Counted from the stretch's first letter, positions 51,273 to 61,222 are shown. The stretch: 64,000 bases of DNA from Bacteroidetes bacterium UBA2322 (GCA_002345145.1 DDVC01000073.1:17809-81808), one strand, 5' to 3'. Made by a program: numbers and translations. The notes: generated from the letters alone by a model not told the origin.

Positions 51273-52460
51273 TTACCCTCGCATATACCCATACCCGATG
51301 GCTGTTTTTGCGCCTATGCCGTGCAAAGTAAGGGCAGACTGTAGCCAGTAGGTGGCAAGCTCCAATACTGTACTTTTATTACTGAGCCTGCTGCCCGATG
51401 GCAGGAAAACGCCCATATCGCCCATTTTTTGTAACCCGATAGCCTCTAATGACGGATTATCTCTAACGCCTACAATGGTTTGGAAGTAAAAATCGTTGCC
51501 CGATAAAGATTTATTGCCTACCGTTAAAAACACAATGGGATTGGGGCTTTGTGTATCGGTAGGGGCTTCATTGCCACCGTAGTAATTGGGGTAGTGAACG
51601 TTCATAATATCGGGTTCTATGGCGGGTGCGGCATTGGGGAAACTGTCAAAAAACAGGAGCTGCCCTTCGTGTTGTTCTTTATCGTAGCTCTTATCATCGG
51701 AGCCAAGTAAGTAAACAAACAGCTCATTTTGCAGGGCAATGGTTTCCTGATTATTAAAACAGCAGGCTATAACCCAACTGCGCACTACGCCTTTTATACT
51801 GCTGGCAGGCAGGTAGGGTATGCCATAGATGTGGTGTAGGGTAATGGCGGTTTCATAAACACTTTCTAAGCCTAAGCCCACAATGAGCCTCCAATCGGGC
51901 TGAAACCGCAGGGTGTGGTAGTTGCCGTGTGGGTGCGTAAGGGAGCGGGCACAGCGCTCTTGCCGGGCGGCAAGAGCGGTAAAATCGGTACTGCCGTAAT
52001 TGGGGCGGATTTGATATTCTATCTGTCCTCGGTAGGTGCGGAAAAAATAAAATTCATGCCTGCCTCTTGCCGTATTCCATTCACATCGGGTGGCTTTGTA
52101 GAGTTTCAAGGAAAAATTGTCTATATCGGTAAAACCGTTCAGGTTGCGCAGTATGGGGTGCAGTATTTTGGTTTTATCAAAGCTGTCGGGGTGTTTAAAT
52201 GTATTGCCGCCGGTGGGTTGTTTGGCAGTTTGCCGGGTTAAATCGAGCAGTACCGTACCATTTGTCAGCACAATTTTTTTGACTGCGCCGCCTTCGGAGT
52301 AAAAAGTGCAGGCTGCGCCGTTTAAATCGGCATTGGTAAATATGTACTGCGGCGGAACGTTAATTTGTTTGGTTTTACCGTCTTTTTCATATTGCAAGTA
52401 CCCCACAAACCTGCCTTTTTGTGTGGGCAGTATTACCAATCGGGCATCTGTTTGTTGCAT
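51273..52460 (-). CDS. cmr6: Type III-B CRISPR RAMP Cmr6
   Basis: RLIVGLG, LHHIYGIPYLPASSIKG, FFDSFP, DIMNVHY, GIGAKTAIGYG. Confidence 0.95.
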   Translation of the reverse strand: MQQTDARLVILPTQKGRFVGYLQYEKDGKTKQINVPPQYIFTNADLNGAACTFYSEGGAVKKIVLTNGTVLLDLTRQTAKQPTGGNTFKHPDSFDKTKILHPILRNLNGFTDIDNFSLKLYKATRCEWNTARGRHEFYFFRTYRGQIEYQIRPNYGSTDFTALAARQERCARSLTHPHGNYHTLRFQPDWRLIVGLGLESVYETAITLHHIYGIPYLPASSIKGVVRSWVIACCFNNQETIALQNELFVYLLGSDDKSYDKEQHEGQLLFFDSFPNAAPAIEPDIMNVHYPNYYGGNEAPTDTQSPNPIVFLTVGNKSLSGNDFYFQTIVGVRDNPSLEAIGLQKMGDMGVFLPSGSRLSNKSTVLELATYWLQSALTLHGIGAKTAIGYGYMRG

Positions 52461-52471
52461 AAGGTTGAGAT

Positions 52472-52855
52472 TTAAGCGGTGATTGCTTCAGCAAAGCGGC
52501 GGTACCAGTTTAAAAAAGCAAGCACTTCATTAGTAATGGCGCGGTAAACGGCGGGGTCTTCCAAATTGATGAGGTAATCTATAAAGCCGGTATCGGTATT
52601 GGTGGTTACCTTAGTGTGAATATCGGGAGCTACTTTCTTAATATCGTCTTTCAGCCATTTTATTATATCGGCATAAATGGTGTTGTATGCCTGCCTGTTT
52701 TTTGATTTTATGAAAGCCAATGCCGGCGCTAAGCCATGACTTTTAATCATCATGGGCACTTTTTTGGCGTAAGATTTAAACTCGTCGGTTTTTGGTGCCT
52801 CTTGCACGTATTTTAATGCTTTGGCGGCTCTGCCTTGTTCTACTTTACTACGCAT
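52472..52855 (-). CDS. cmr5: Type III-B small subunit Cmr5 (Cas11)
   Basis: EQGRA..A, FKSYAKKVPMMIKSHGL, YRAITNEVLAFLNWYRRFA. Confidence 0.92.
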   Translation of the reverse strand: MRSKVEQGRAAKALKYVQEAPKTDEFKSYAKKVPMMIKSHGLAPALAFIKSKNRQAYNTIYADIIKWLKDDIKKVAPDIHTKVTTNTDTGFIDYLINLEDPAVYRAITNEVLAFLNWYRRFAEAITA

Positions 52856-52877
52856 GGTATAGTGATTTTTGGATGGG

Positions 52878-53972
52878 TTAGAGTAAATGGGTTCTTAGTA
52901 CGCCTTTACCCAATGTGGTATTAGCGCCCAATTGAAAAACGTGGTTGAGTTGTTTGGCAAGGGTATCGGTTACAAACTCCTGCACTTCATTTGCGCTGAG
53001 GGTGGCTTTTTTACCGCGCTCATCGGTAAACATGGCAAGGCTGTATAAGATGCTCTCGGTAGGGAGGTATTCTTCGGTAAACAATGCGCCGGTGGCTACG
53101 GTACCGGTTTGGTTGTCTATTTTGGTACGGGTTACTACTTCGGTGCTGAGTTTTACAAAGTCTCTAAAATCGTCGTCGGACAGAATGACGAGGCGGTTTT
53201 TGAGCAGTAATTGCCAGTAGTTTTGTTCGGGTTGGGTAAATAGCATTTTGGCTAATGCACCGGCAAATTTATAGGCAAGGTCTTCGGTATCGGTTTTTAC
53301 CTCAAAAGCGTATTCCTCCAATACTATCGTTTTGTCGTTTATACCTATTTCGTTGGCATTGCTTGCCCTACATGCCTGCTGCCCAATGGCTAATTTAGGT
53401 ACTAAGGCGCTAAGGGTTTGTTTGAGTTCGTTATTAATGTTTGCAATTTTGAGTTCGTGTTCTAATTTTGCCAATACCGATTTGCAGGTTATCCACACAA
53501 AAACGCCTTTCATGCTCTTAACCGGAAACAGCAGCAAGCGCGCATCGGTAAGGGCAAGGCAGCCGGCAAATTCGTGTCCGTCTTTTGCCTTGTCATCACC
53601 GTCTTCTTTGTATTCTTTGTATTTGAAAAGTTTTTTCAGCCTGTTGGCGGTAGCTTTTTTCATACTGCCGTCGTCAAACCCAAAAACCCGATGCACTTTT
53701 ACATCGTTGGCTTCCCAAGAAGCAAAGGCTTTTGCTTTATTTTCATGCTCTTCTTCGGGTAATGCTTCATCGGTTCTTACGTTTTTAAACGTTTCGTAGG
53801 CGTGTTCAAAGGCTTCGCGCAGGGCGCCTTTTAGCGAGGAGCTTTCAATTTTGGGGAAATCGGTATGCCGCTCGCGCTGGATAGGGAGGTCAACAAACCC
53901 TAAGTCATCGCCGGTGCCGGCGTGCAGGGGTGTTTCGCAAATAAGAAACAGGGGGCGTGTAATTTGGTACAT
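52878..53972 (-). CDS. cmr4: Type III-B RAMP Cmr4 (intact, catalytic D28)
   Basis: [52 protein letters not shown]. Confidence 0.96.
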   Translation of the reverse strand: MYQITRPLFLICETPLHAGTGDDLGFVDLPIQRERHTDFPKIESSSLKGALREAFEHAYETFKNVRTDEALPEEEHENKAKAFASWEANDVKVHRVFGFDDGSMKKATANRLKKLFKYKEYKEDGDDKAKDGHEFAGCLALTDARLLLFPVKSMKGVFVWITCKSVLAKLEHELKIANINNELKQTLSALVPKLAIGQQACRASNANEIGINDKTIVLEEYAFEVKTDTEDLAYKFAGALAKMLFTQPEQNYWQLLLKNRLVILSDDDFRDFVKLSTEVVTRTKIDNQTGTVATGALFTEEYLPTESILYSLAMFTDERGKKATLSANEVQEFVTDTLAKQLNHVFQLGANTTLGKGVLRTHLL

Positions 53973-53995
53973 AGTGTATGTAGATTTTACGGTTT
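53849..53995. repeat. 147-bp direct repeat, copy 1 (cmr4 5' end plus 23 nt upstream)
   Basis: Aligns to 54916-55062 with 6 mismatches and no gaps. Confidence 0.97.
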
Positions 53996-54053
53996 AACTA
54001 AAATGAAGAGATTGAAACTAAAGAGTGGTTTATATAGGATTGCATAGTGGTGT

Positions 54054-54651
54054 TTATTCTTGTTTTTGAGGTGGGTTAATACTCTCGTAAATTGGTAAAG
54101 CCCATTCGTTAATAGGCGCATAAGTTTTTTGAAGTAACCCATTACTTGCTCTGAAAAGTAGTGTTGCATCTGCATACTCAATGGAATTATCATACACATA
54201 TAATCTATCCACAAAAGAGGAAGCAAGGCAACAGTTAACAATAGATTTAGAAAAGCGACTAACAATTTTGGTTATTGGCACATCATGCCCACCCTCCATA
54301 ACTCTATGGGCAATACGGCTTGCATTAATAGATGGGTGATTAGTACCAACAAAAAATAAACGTATAAAAAAACCTGCTTCTTTTGCTCGGAGCATATACT
54401 CAACTTTATCAATTGCTGATAGCACAGTTTCAAAAATAAGGCTTTGTTTCAGTAAAAGACATTCTTCCCTTTGTTGTGCAGCAAGATTAGCCGCTTTTAG
54501 TACTGCCTCCGGAGAATTCCAATCGCCAAATTGCTCTTGCGCTATATTATCGGGATTTATATAAATACAGCCTTGTATCCATTCGTGTTTCAGGATTTGG
54601 GTGGTTATAGACGTTTTTCCCGAACCATTTGGACCTGCAATAACCAACAAC

Positions 54652-54671
<20 letters not shown>
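54054..54671 (-). CDS. Zeta-toxin-like P-loop kinase/ATPase
   Basis: IAGPNGSGKTS, YINPDNIA, FETVLS, RIAHRVMEGGHDVP, YVYDNS. Confidence 0.85.
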
Positions 54672-55111
<440 letters not shown>

Positions 55112-55125
55112 TTAATTTAAAAGCA

Positions 55126-55731
55126 TTAAATTATGTTTTTGTATTCGTTTATAATGGTTTGTAAAGCGCCTAAAACCATGTCTAATTGATTGATGAAATA
55201 CTTTTGTGTATCTATGGTAAAAGCGGAGTCTTCAAATTTAAGAAACATCCATTCATCGGCAGTGGTAACGCAGCCATACACAAAGGGAACCGGCTGGTTA
55301 TGCTTTTGGTTAAACAACCATGCACCATACATTTGTGCGGCGCATTGGTCAATACCCAATTCAAAGTCATTTTTTTTAGCTTCTATGAGGGTAAAAATTG
55401 GATAGCTGATGGTAAATGACTGGGTGTTTTTGGCTAAAATAAAATCACATTCTCCGGTTAGTCCGGCGTTTTTGTCTGCTTCAAGCATATCGCCGGAGTA
55501 GATGGTGAAAAAATCATCATTTTGCTGTTTGAGTTCTAATAAAACAGGAGCTACAATCATTTCTGATTTTGCTTTTTCGCTTTTAATAGGATTTTTTCTG
55601 CTCATGGCAAGCGTATCTTTTAGCCAGTTGCTGTATGGCAGTGGCGCTACATGGGTAAAAAGGGGTTTATAGTAGGCTGCTAAGCCAAATTGCTCTTTTA
55701 GGCGCAGCAGGGTAAATTGTTTGTAAGACAT
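55126..55731 (-). CDS. PD-(D/E)xK-fold protein, HsdR-N-like family
   Basis: E..I.P.L, GECDFIL, IEAKK, QCAAQM, YGCVTT..W.FL. Confidence 0.65.
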   Translation of the reverse strand: MSYKQFTLLRLKEQFGLAAYYKPLFTHVAPLPYSNWLKDTLAMSRKNPIKSEKAKSEMIVAPVLLELKQQNDDFFTIYSGDMLEADKNAGLTGECDFILAKNTQSFTISYPIFTLIEAKKNDFELGIDQCAAQMYGAWLFNQKHNQPVPFVYGCVTTADEWMFLKFEDSAFTIDTQKYFINQLDMVLGALQTIINEYKNII

Positions 55732-55747
55732 GGGATTAAACTGAGTT

Positions 55748-57211
55748 TTATCGGGTTAAACGCTCCCAAGTGAAATCATTCCATTGTATAGTTTCGAAAT
55801 CAAATTGTTTTACTCTATCCGGGGTTATTTGCCAGTTTACATTATGTTTGTAATTATCGGGCGGTTGTACCCATAGCCAAACTAAATGTGAACAGGCAGA
55901 AATGTTAATTTGTTTCAATTCTTTAAATGCTGCCTCTTGGAATCGGTTAGGTTGGCGGTGGTGGTACATTGCCACAATACATTTTATTGCCCTTTGCCGC
56001 TCGTTGGCGTATGCCAGCGATGCTTGAAAAGCGCCTTGCCTGCATTTTCTCTCAATAGTATCACCATTTCCAAGTATTTTTACCTTCTCAGGCTTTACTT
56101 CTATGGATAGAATAAATTGGTCATTTTCTACCCACACATCGGCATCGTAAGCATCTCCTTGGGGTGATATACCAATTGGTTTTTCCAATATTGTTTTATC
56201 GGGAAATTTATTGGCAAAGAACTGAAATACTTTTAGCTCCATTACCTTGCCTACTAAATTGCCTATATCAATATCGTTGCTTCGGATGTTATTGTGGTAG
56301 GCAGCAAACAATAATTTACCTAATGCAGATAGGCTTATGCGCTTGGTATTTTCGCTGCCCGTTTCAATTTCAATGATTAAACCAGAATTGTCAATACTCC
56401 CAAAATCTGCTTGTTCTGCTAAATTATCTTTGAATACCTCGGGTGTAGGGAGGTTGTATAATGCCTTCTCGGGTTTAAGTAATTCAAATGCTAAGTAGTT
56501 ATCCTCAAAAATACTATAATCAAACGCCACCGGCAGTTTTTCTAAGCCTATAATTTGTCCTTCTTTGTTATCTTGGTGGGTGTAGCGGAGGGGGTAGTCG
56601 TAAATTTGCCCCATAATGGTGAGGATAGGAATGGTGGCTTTATAACCGCCCGATATGTTTAGTAGGGGTTTATCGGTACCGGCTATGGCGTTTATGGCGG
56701 TAAGCAGGTTAGAGAAGCCGGTGGTTTGGAATTTTTGAGGGTCTTTTACCTGTAAATCGGGTATGGGCAATATAAACGCATCGGGATATGCCGATTGATA
56801 TATGCTGCGTTGTTGCCAAATTGTGCCTAATTCGCCGGTATTGACCGCAGCGGCTATTTGTATTCGTTTGGCGGTTTCATCGCCGTCTTCTTTCTTAAAA
56901 TTGAGCCATGCTATAATGAGTTCGCAGGCTATAACGGCGGTAACGGTATCGGTGGCAAGGAGGTACACTTGCAGCGTTTCGGCAGGTTTTTCTTTGGCTA
57001 TTTCATAAAGGGTGTGAATTTCGGCACATACTTCTTGGTCGGTTTTGGGAAAAAGTTGGTTGCTTTGATTGTCTTGATTGCGAAATCTTTCAATTTCTGG
57101 CTGAATGCGCTCATTATCCCAATCAGACAGCAATGCATCTTTGCTGTTTGGAAACTGACCTTGATAATTTTGTGTTAAGATGGAAATGCCTACTGTGGTA
57201 ATCACTTTCAT
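55748..57211 (-). CDS. CARF (APE2256-type) fused to a PD-(D/E)xK nuclease; putative cOA effector
   Basis: TTVGIS, CAEI, ATDT, LQVKDPQKF, NISGGYK; C-terminal E...DAD...EVK. Confidence 0.8.
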   Translation of the reverse strand: MKVITTVGISILTQNYQGQFPNSKDALLSDWDNERIQPEIERFRNQDNQSNQLFPKTDQEVCAEIHTLYEIAKEKPAETLQVYLLATDTVTAVIACELIIAWLNFKKEDGDETAKRIQIAAAVNTGELGTIWQQRSIYQSAYPDAFILPIPDLQVKDPQKFQTTGFSNLLTAINAIAGTDKPLLNISGGYKATIPILTIMGQIYDYPLRYTHQDNKEGQIIGLEKLPVAFDYSIFEDNYLAFELLKPEKALYNLPTPEVFKDNLAEQADFGSIDNSGLIIEIETGSENTKRISLSALGKLLFAAYHNNIRSNDIDIGNLVGKVMELKVFQFFANKFPDKTILEKPIGISPQGDAYDADVWVENDQFILSIEVKPEKVKILGNGDTIERKCRQGAFQASLAYANERQRAIKCIVAMYHHRQPNRFQEAAFKELKQINISACSHLVWLWVQPPDNYKHNVNWQITPDRVKQFDFETIQWNDFTWERLTR

Positions 57212-57224
57212 AACTGCCCGATGT

Positions 57225-58301
57225 TTAAATTTTACCCACCATTGCCAAGCCGTAACCCTCGTTTGGCAGGTAGTCTGATATGGTTTTACAATGCAATAAC
57301 TCCTTTACCGCTTCAATAGTTCCGGCTACCAAGCGGAAGTAATAAACCGACCCGGCAGGCACTGTGCGGCACATGGTTTTGGGTTGTTGCTCTTTAAGGT
57401 CAAAACCACCTATGGGCAGGGGTTTACCCAGCGCTGTGCCGGTGAGTTGCAAGGTTATTTTGCGGTCGCCGTTTCCTATTTCGCCAATGTAGTCATTTTC
57501 GGGTTTAATCCATGCGGGCAGCCAGCCTTGTGCAAAAATGGCGGGTGTAGCAAGGTAGAGTTTAAACAGGGTATCGGTTGGGGCAAGCGTAAAGGGTATT
57601 TGTGCGCTTACTGTTTTGTTGGGTTCTACGCTGAAATGGGCTAATTTGCTATCGGCGCCCAGTTTGGCAATGCTAAGCCATTTGTGAGGAAAATCGGGCA
57701 GTTCTACTACAATTTGGGTTTTATTACTGAGGCGCTTCATATCCACCCGATAGAGTTTACCCTCATCGGTGGCAAAGGTGAGGTTATCTCTGCCAATGCC
57801 AATTTTAGGTTCCGAAACAAAGTACTTAGCGTTGGGCGATATTTTTGCTACATCGGTGGCTTTTAAATAGTCTTCAAGGTCAAACAGGGTAATGATGCCT
57901 TTGCTTTTTTCATTGTCCACCACAAAATCGGGGTAGGTTATTTGGGTAAGCGGTTTATTGCTCACTATGCCGGCTGCGGCAGCGTTGCGAGGCTGGAGTA
58001 TGGTTTTCTGGGGATTGTTTTCCGTTTTTTCTATTGCAAAGTCATTGGGGGCGGTTACACAATAACCGCTTTCTGTTTGAAGGTATATGCCCGATATGGT
58101 GATGTGTTTGGTTGCTTCTTCCAAAGCCAATTTATCGGCAGTGGCAAAATTGGTATTGCCCAAAAACAGGGTGCGGATAGCGCCGTAAATAACGGAGGGC
58201 GAAGGCGGAAAAAGGCTGTCTGCCCACGAGTCGTCGCCCATAGAAAAGGGTTTGCCATCGCGAAAAAAGAGGGTATCAAAAGGGTTAATTTTAATAAGCA
58301 T
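57225..58301 (-). CDS. cmr3: Type III-B RAMP Cmr3 (Cas5 group)
   Basis: PFDTLFFRDGKPF, PPSPSVIYGAIR, KIGIGR, LYLATP, IGGFD, VPAGSVY, EGYG. Confidence 0.95.
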   Translation of the reverse strand: MLIKINPFDTLFFRDGKPFSMGDDSWADSLFPPSPSVIYGAIRTLFLGNTNFATADKLALEEATKHITISGIYLQTESGYCVTAPNDFAIEKTENNPQKTILQPRNAAAAGIVSNKPLTQITYPDFVVDNEKSKGIITLFDLEDYLKATDVAKISPNAKYFVSEPKIGIGRDNLTFATDEGKLYRVDMKRLSNKTQIVVELPDFPHKWLSIAKLGADSKLAHFSVEPNKTVSAQIPFTLAPTDTLFKLYLATPAIFAQGWLPAWIKPENDYIGEIGNGDRKITLQLTGTALGKPLPIGGFDLKEQQPKTMCRTVPAGSVYYFRLVAGTIEAVKELLHCKTISDYLPNEGYGLAMVGKI

Positions 58302-60141
58302 GGGCGGCAGTTTTTTCGGGTTGATTGGTTTGGCGTTTGATGTAGTTGGCTATGTTGAGGGCTTCTAAGAAAAATTCCAAAGTTTGGGCGTTGGTTAAAA
58401 GTTTATTGAGTGCGTTAAACATGGCATCAAAATCGGCATTTTTGAGGTCGGATTTTTTAGAACGTTCTAATAGGCGTTGCATTTCTAATCGGATAAAATT
58501 GGAATTTTCAATTTGGTTAATAAAATCTTTCACTTCTATAAACAGCGCCAGCTCCCGATTTAAAGACCGGATAAAAGTATCGGAAAAGTTATCTTGCTGC
58601 AATTGCTGTGTTATGGTTTGCAGGTGGGGTAGTTGTTCCCATTTAAAGCAGGTTTGGTGCGTTTCGCCCGATTTTTTGAGTACGCCTATGGCAAAAGCGT
58701 TTCTATCGCCATCTTCTTTGGCTTTGTCTTGCAGGCGGCGGGCTTCGTTGAGGGCAATACCCATAGGCGAGCCGTAATGGGCAATGGCAATGCCGGCAGA
58801 AAAGGTAAAGTTGAAACCGGGTTTGAGTACATCGGTAAAGGTTTGTTGGAGTGGGCTGTTTACGGTGCGGTGAAACTCGCCCTGCACCTGTAAAAGTACG
58901 TCGTACAGGTGATTGAGGTTGATGAGGGCAAGGCAATCATCGCCGCCGGCATAAATAACTCTACCCTTGGGGAAGGTGATGATTTTTTCTACCGATTTGG
59001 CAAATTGGGTAAGCAATCGGGAGGTTTCCTTTTGAAAATTGTGGAGGTATTGGTTGCACTTATCGGGTTTAAGGAAGTTGCCGGTCATGATTTTACCCAT
59101 GCTATCGCCGTCAAAGGTTAAAACGGCATAGTATTTTTTTAGCCTGCTTGCGGGCAGTTTCTGCACATGCTGGCGCACACAGCTTAGCGCTCCTTCGGGC
59201 AATCCTTGTTGTTCAAAAAACTTGGGGGTGAGGTTTTCTTCGTAAAAAACTTGCCCGTTAATTTCATCGGCAAAACGCAAAAGATTGTTGTTCACCTCTG
59301 CTTTTTCTCCAAGACACAGTCCAATAGGTTGTAAGTGAGATATAAACTTACCGGTATCATCGCACCAGTTAAACAAATCGTACAAAGCTATATTGGCAGT
59401 GGATGGGAATATCAGATTTTTATGCTTATACCAGCGTTTAAGGAAGGAAACAGTGCTAAGCCCTTCGCCGGCTTGGAGGAGTTTGTGGGTGCGGTCGTCG
59501 TTGTCTTTGGGTTGGTTATCCCAGAGACAAACTTGGTTGGGTTGGGTAAACAGTTTTTTATCCAGCAGTCGGGCGGTATCGGTTTCATCTTTGGTTTTCC
59601 GATATACTTTTACATTTCGCTCGCCGTCTAAGTTGCATTTTCGCCCTTTTTCGGGCAGTTGGGTAAAGGTGCGTATGTTTTTAAGTCCGCCAAAAATTCT
59701 TTCGGCGGTTTGGTAGTTGTGGGCGTAAGTTTCGGGCGTATAGGGTTTAAAGAACCAGGTAATTTCTAAATGGCTGTTGATTTGGTCAAAGTAGGCTTTT
59801 TGGTCAAAATTGGGCGGGGCTTGCATGAATTTGAGGGCATCATGGGCAAGGTTGGTAAAGAGGTTGCGCACGGCATTTTCTATGGTTTGCCCTATGGTGG
59901 CAAGGTCTTCATTTCCGTTATAGATACCGGCAAATTGGTTGGGTATGTTTTGCCCGTTGTTGTTGTCGGTTTGTTGGGGGTAAGTGATGTCTATACCTTG
60001 CGCTTTGGCGGCTTGAATGGCTTTGTCTGCCAACGCCGATAATAAACGACTGCCTCCAAAAAGGTCTTGGGCTTTTCGGGCTTGGGCTATAAAGGTTTGT
60101 ACCGGACCTACCGAGAATATGAAAATGTGGTTAGAACTCAT
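58291..60141 (-). CDS. cas10: Type III-B Cas10/Cmr2, HD-less, intact Palm cyclase
   Basis: SVGPVQTFIAQARK.QDL..GS.LLS, IPNQF, FDGDSMG, YAGGDD, FSAGIAIAH; start MSSNH (60141). Confidence 0.96.
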   Translation of the reverse strand: MSSNHIFIFSVGPVQTFIAQARKAQDLFGGSRLLSALADKAIQAAKAQGIDITYPQQTDNNNGQNIPNQFAGIYNGNEDLATIGQTIENAVRNLFTNLAHDALKFMQAPPNFDQKAYFDQINSHLEITWFFKPYTPETYAHNYQTAERIFGGLKNIRTFTQLPEKGRKCNLDGERNVKVYRKTKDETDTARLLDKKLFTQPNQVCLWDNQPKDNDDRTHKLLQAGEGLSTVSFLKRWYKHKNLIFPSTANIALYDLFNWCDDTGKFISHLQPIGLCLGEKAEVNNNLLRFADEINGQVFYEENLTPKFFEQQGLPEGALSCVRQHVQKLPASRLKKYYAVLTFDGDSMGKIMTGNFLKPDKCNQYLHNFQKETSRLLTQFAKSVEKIITFPKGRVIYAGGDDCLALINLNHLYDVLLQVQGEFHRTVNSPLQQTFTDVLKPGFNFTFSAGIAIAHYGSPMGIALNEARRLQDKAKEDGDRNAFAIGVLKKSGETHQTCFKWEQLPHLQTITQQLQQDNFSDTFIRSLNRELALFIEVKDFINQIENSNFIRLEMQRLLERSKKSDLKNADFDAMFNALNKLLTNAQTLEFFLEALNIANYIKRQTNQPEKTAAHAY

Positions 60142-60202
60142 ATTAGCTAATGATTTCTTGTATTTATTGATGTAAGGTTGATATTGAAATAAATATAACC
60201 GT

Positions 60203-60838
60203 TCAAATGAGGTTTTTGATGTTTTGTAAGATGGTAAAAACAAGGGCGAGTTTGTCAAACTCGGTTACGTTGTAGTTGGTGGTATTTTGGTATTGTTTAC
60301 CCTGCAAAGCTACAAAATACCAGTCTTTACCTACTATATAACAACCATACAATACCCTGTTTTTGTTGGTATTGAGGTGTTGTGCGGTAATCATGGCAGC
60401 CAGCAGTTGCCCAAGCGGGTCGGCATCGGTGCCTTGTTCTTTTTTGTACTCATGTAAAAAGAAGAAAGGCTCGCGCGGTATTTGTTTACCCGATGCCAGC
60501 ATCCACTCCACCACGCCCGAAAGTTCTATTTCGGGGGTTTGGAGTTGCATGATGCGCTGCGAAAAAGGTTGGTACCTATCGCTTTCATAATAATCTACCA
60601 AAAATAGAAAGGGCGAAATAAACTGCATTTTCAATTCATCTTCGTTCCAGTCTAAGAATTTGCGGCTAATGAGTTTGTGTAGTTTTTCCAACTCTTCTTG
60701 TACCGATGCGGGTACATGGGGTTGTACTTGGGTTAAGGTTTGCAAGGGTGTAAAATAAGGCTGTGCGGTTTCCAATCTTTCTAAGCCAAACCAAATGGTG
60801 AGGTCTTCCCAAAGGCATTTTTCAAAGGTTTTTTTCAT
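60203..60838 (-). CDS. PD-(D/E)xK-fold protein, HsdR-N-like family (second, divergent)
   Basis: WNEDELKMQFISP, LSGVVEW, HEYKK, GQLLAAM..AQ.LN, YGCYIVGKDWYF. Confidence 0.6.
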   Translation of the reverse strand: MKKTFEKCLWEDLTIWFGLERLETAQPYFTPLQTLTQVQPHVPASVQEELEKLHKLISRKFLDWNEDELKMQFISPFLFLVDYYESDRYQPFSQRIMQLQTPEIELSGVVEWMLASGKQIPREPFFFLHEYKKEQGTDADPLGQLLAAMITAQHLNTNKNRVLYGCYIVGKDWYFVALQGKQYQNTTNYNVTEFDKLALVFTILQNIKNLI

Positions 60839-60877
60839 AGATTAGGTTTTGGCGGGTGCAGGAAAAGGAAACAGGGG

Positions 60878-61222
60878 TTATTGCGAGTTGGGGGTTGTTA
60901 TATTTTTATCGGGATAAAGCCATTTTACCTGCGCAAGTTTGTCTTTAAACATTTGCATAATAGCTTCTTCCCAATCGTTGGTAGTGGGCAGGTAGGGAAT
61001 AATGGCTTTTAGCATTTCTTTTCGGTATTCGTTGGCGCGGAGGCGGTCTATGTTTATTTGCGGAAGGTAAGTTTTCACCTCTTCAAAATCGTAGTTAATT
61101 AAATCCGGAAAACTGGCATACTCAATCAGCCGCTTCAGCCTAAAAGTGGGCGAAAGCGTATCGGGGTCAATGCCTGTGGAGGCTCCGGTATCCCAAAAGT
61201 ATTTAAGAAATCGTTTTTGCAT
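60878..61222 (-). CDS. Small protein, DUF6922-like
   Basis: KYFWD...D...RL.EY...D pattern; overlaps the HNH stop by 20 nt. Confidence 0.45.
   Translation of the reverse strand: MQKRFLKYFWDTGASTGIDPDTLSPTFRLKRLIEYASFPDLINYDFEEVKTYLPQINIDRLRANEYRKEMLKAIIPYLPTTNDWEEAIMQMFKDKLAQVKWLYPDKNITTPNSQ

Noticed and set aside
60142-60258. ORF-track N-terminal extensions (cas10, and likewise cas6, ruvC, ubiD, typA, ccoQ, rfaD)
   Set aside because: The extensions overlap neighbouring genes or promoter motifs and lack family similarity, so downstream starts were used.
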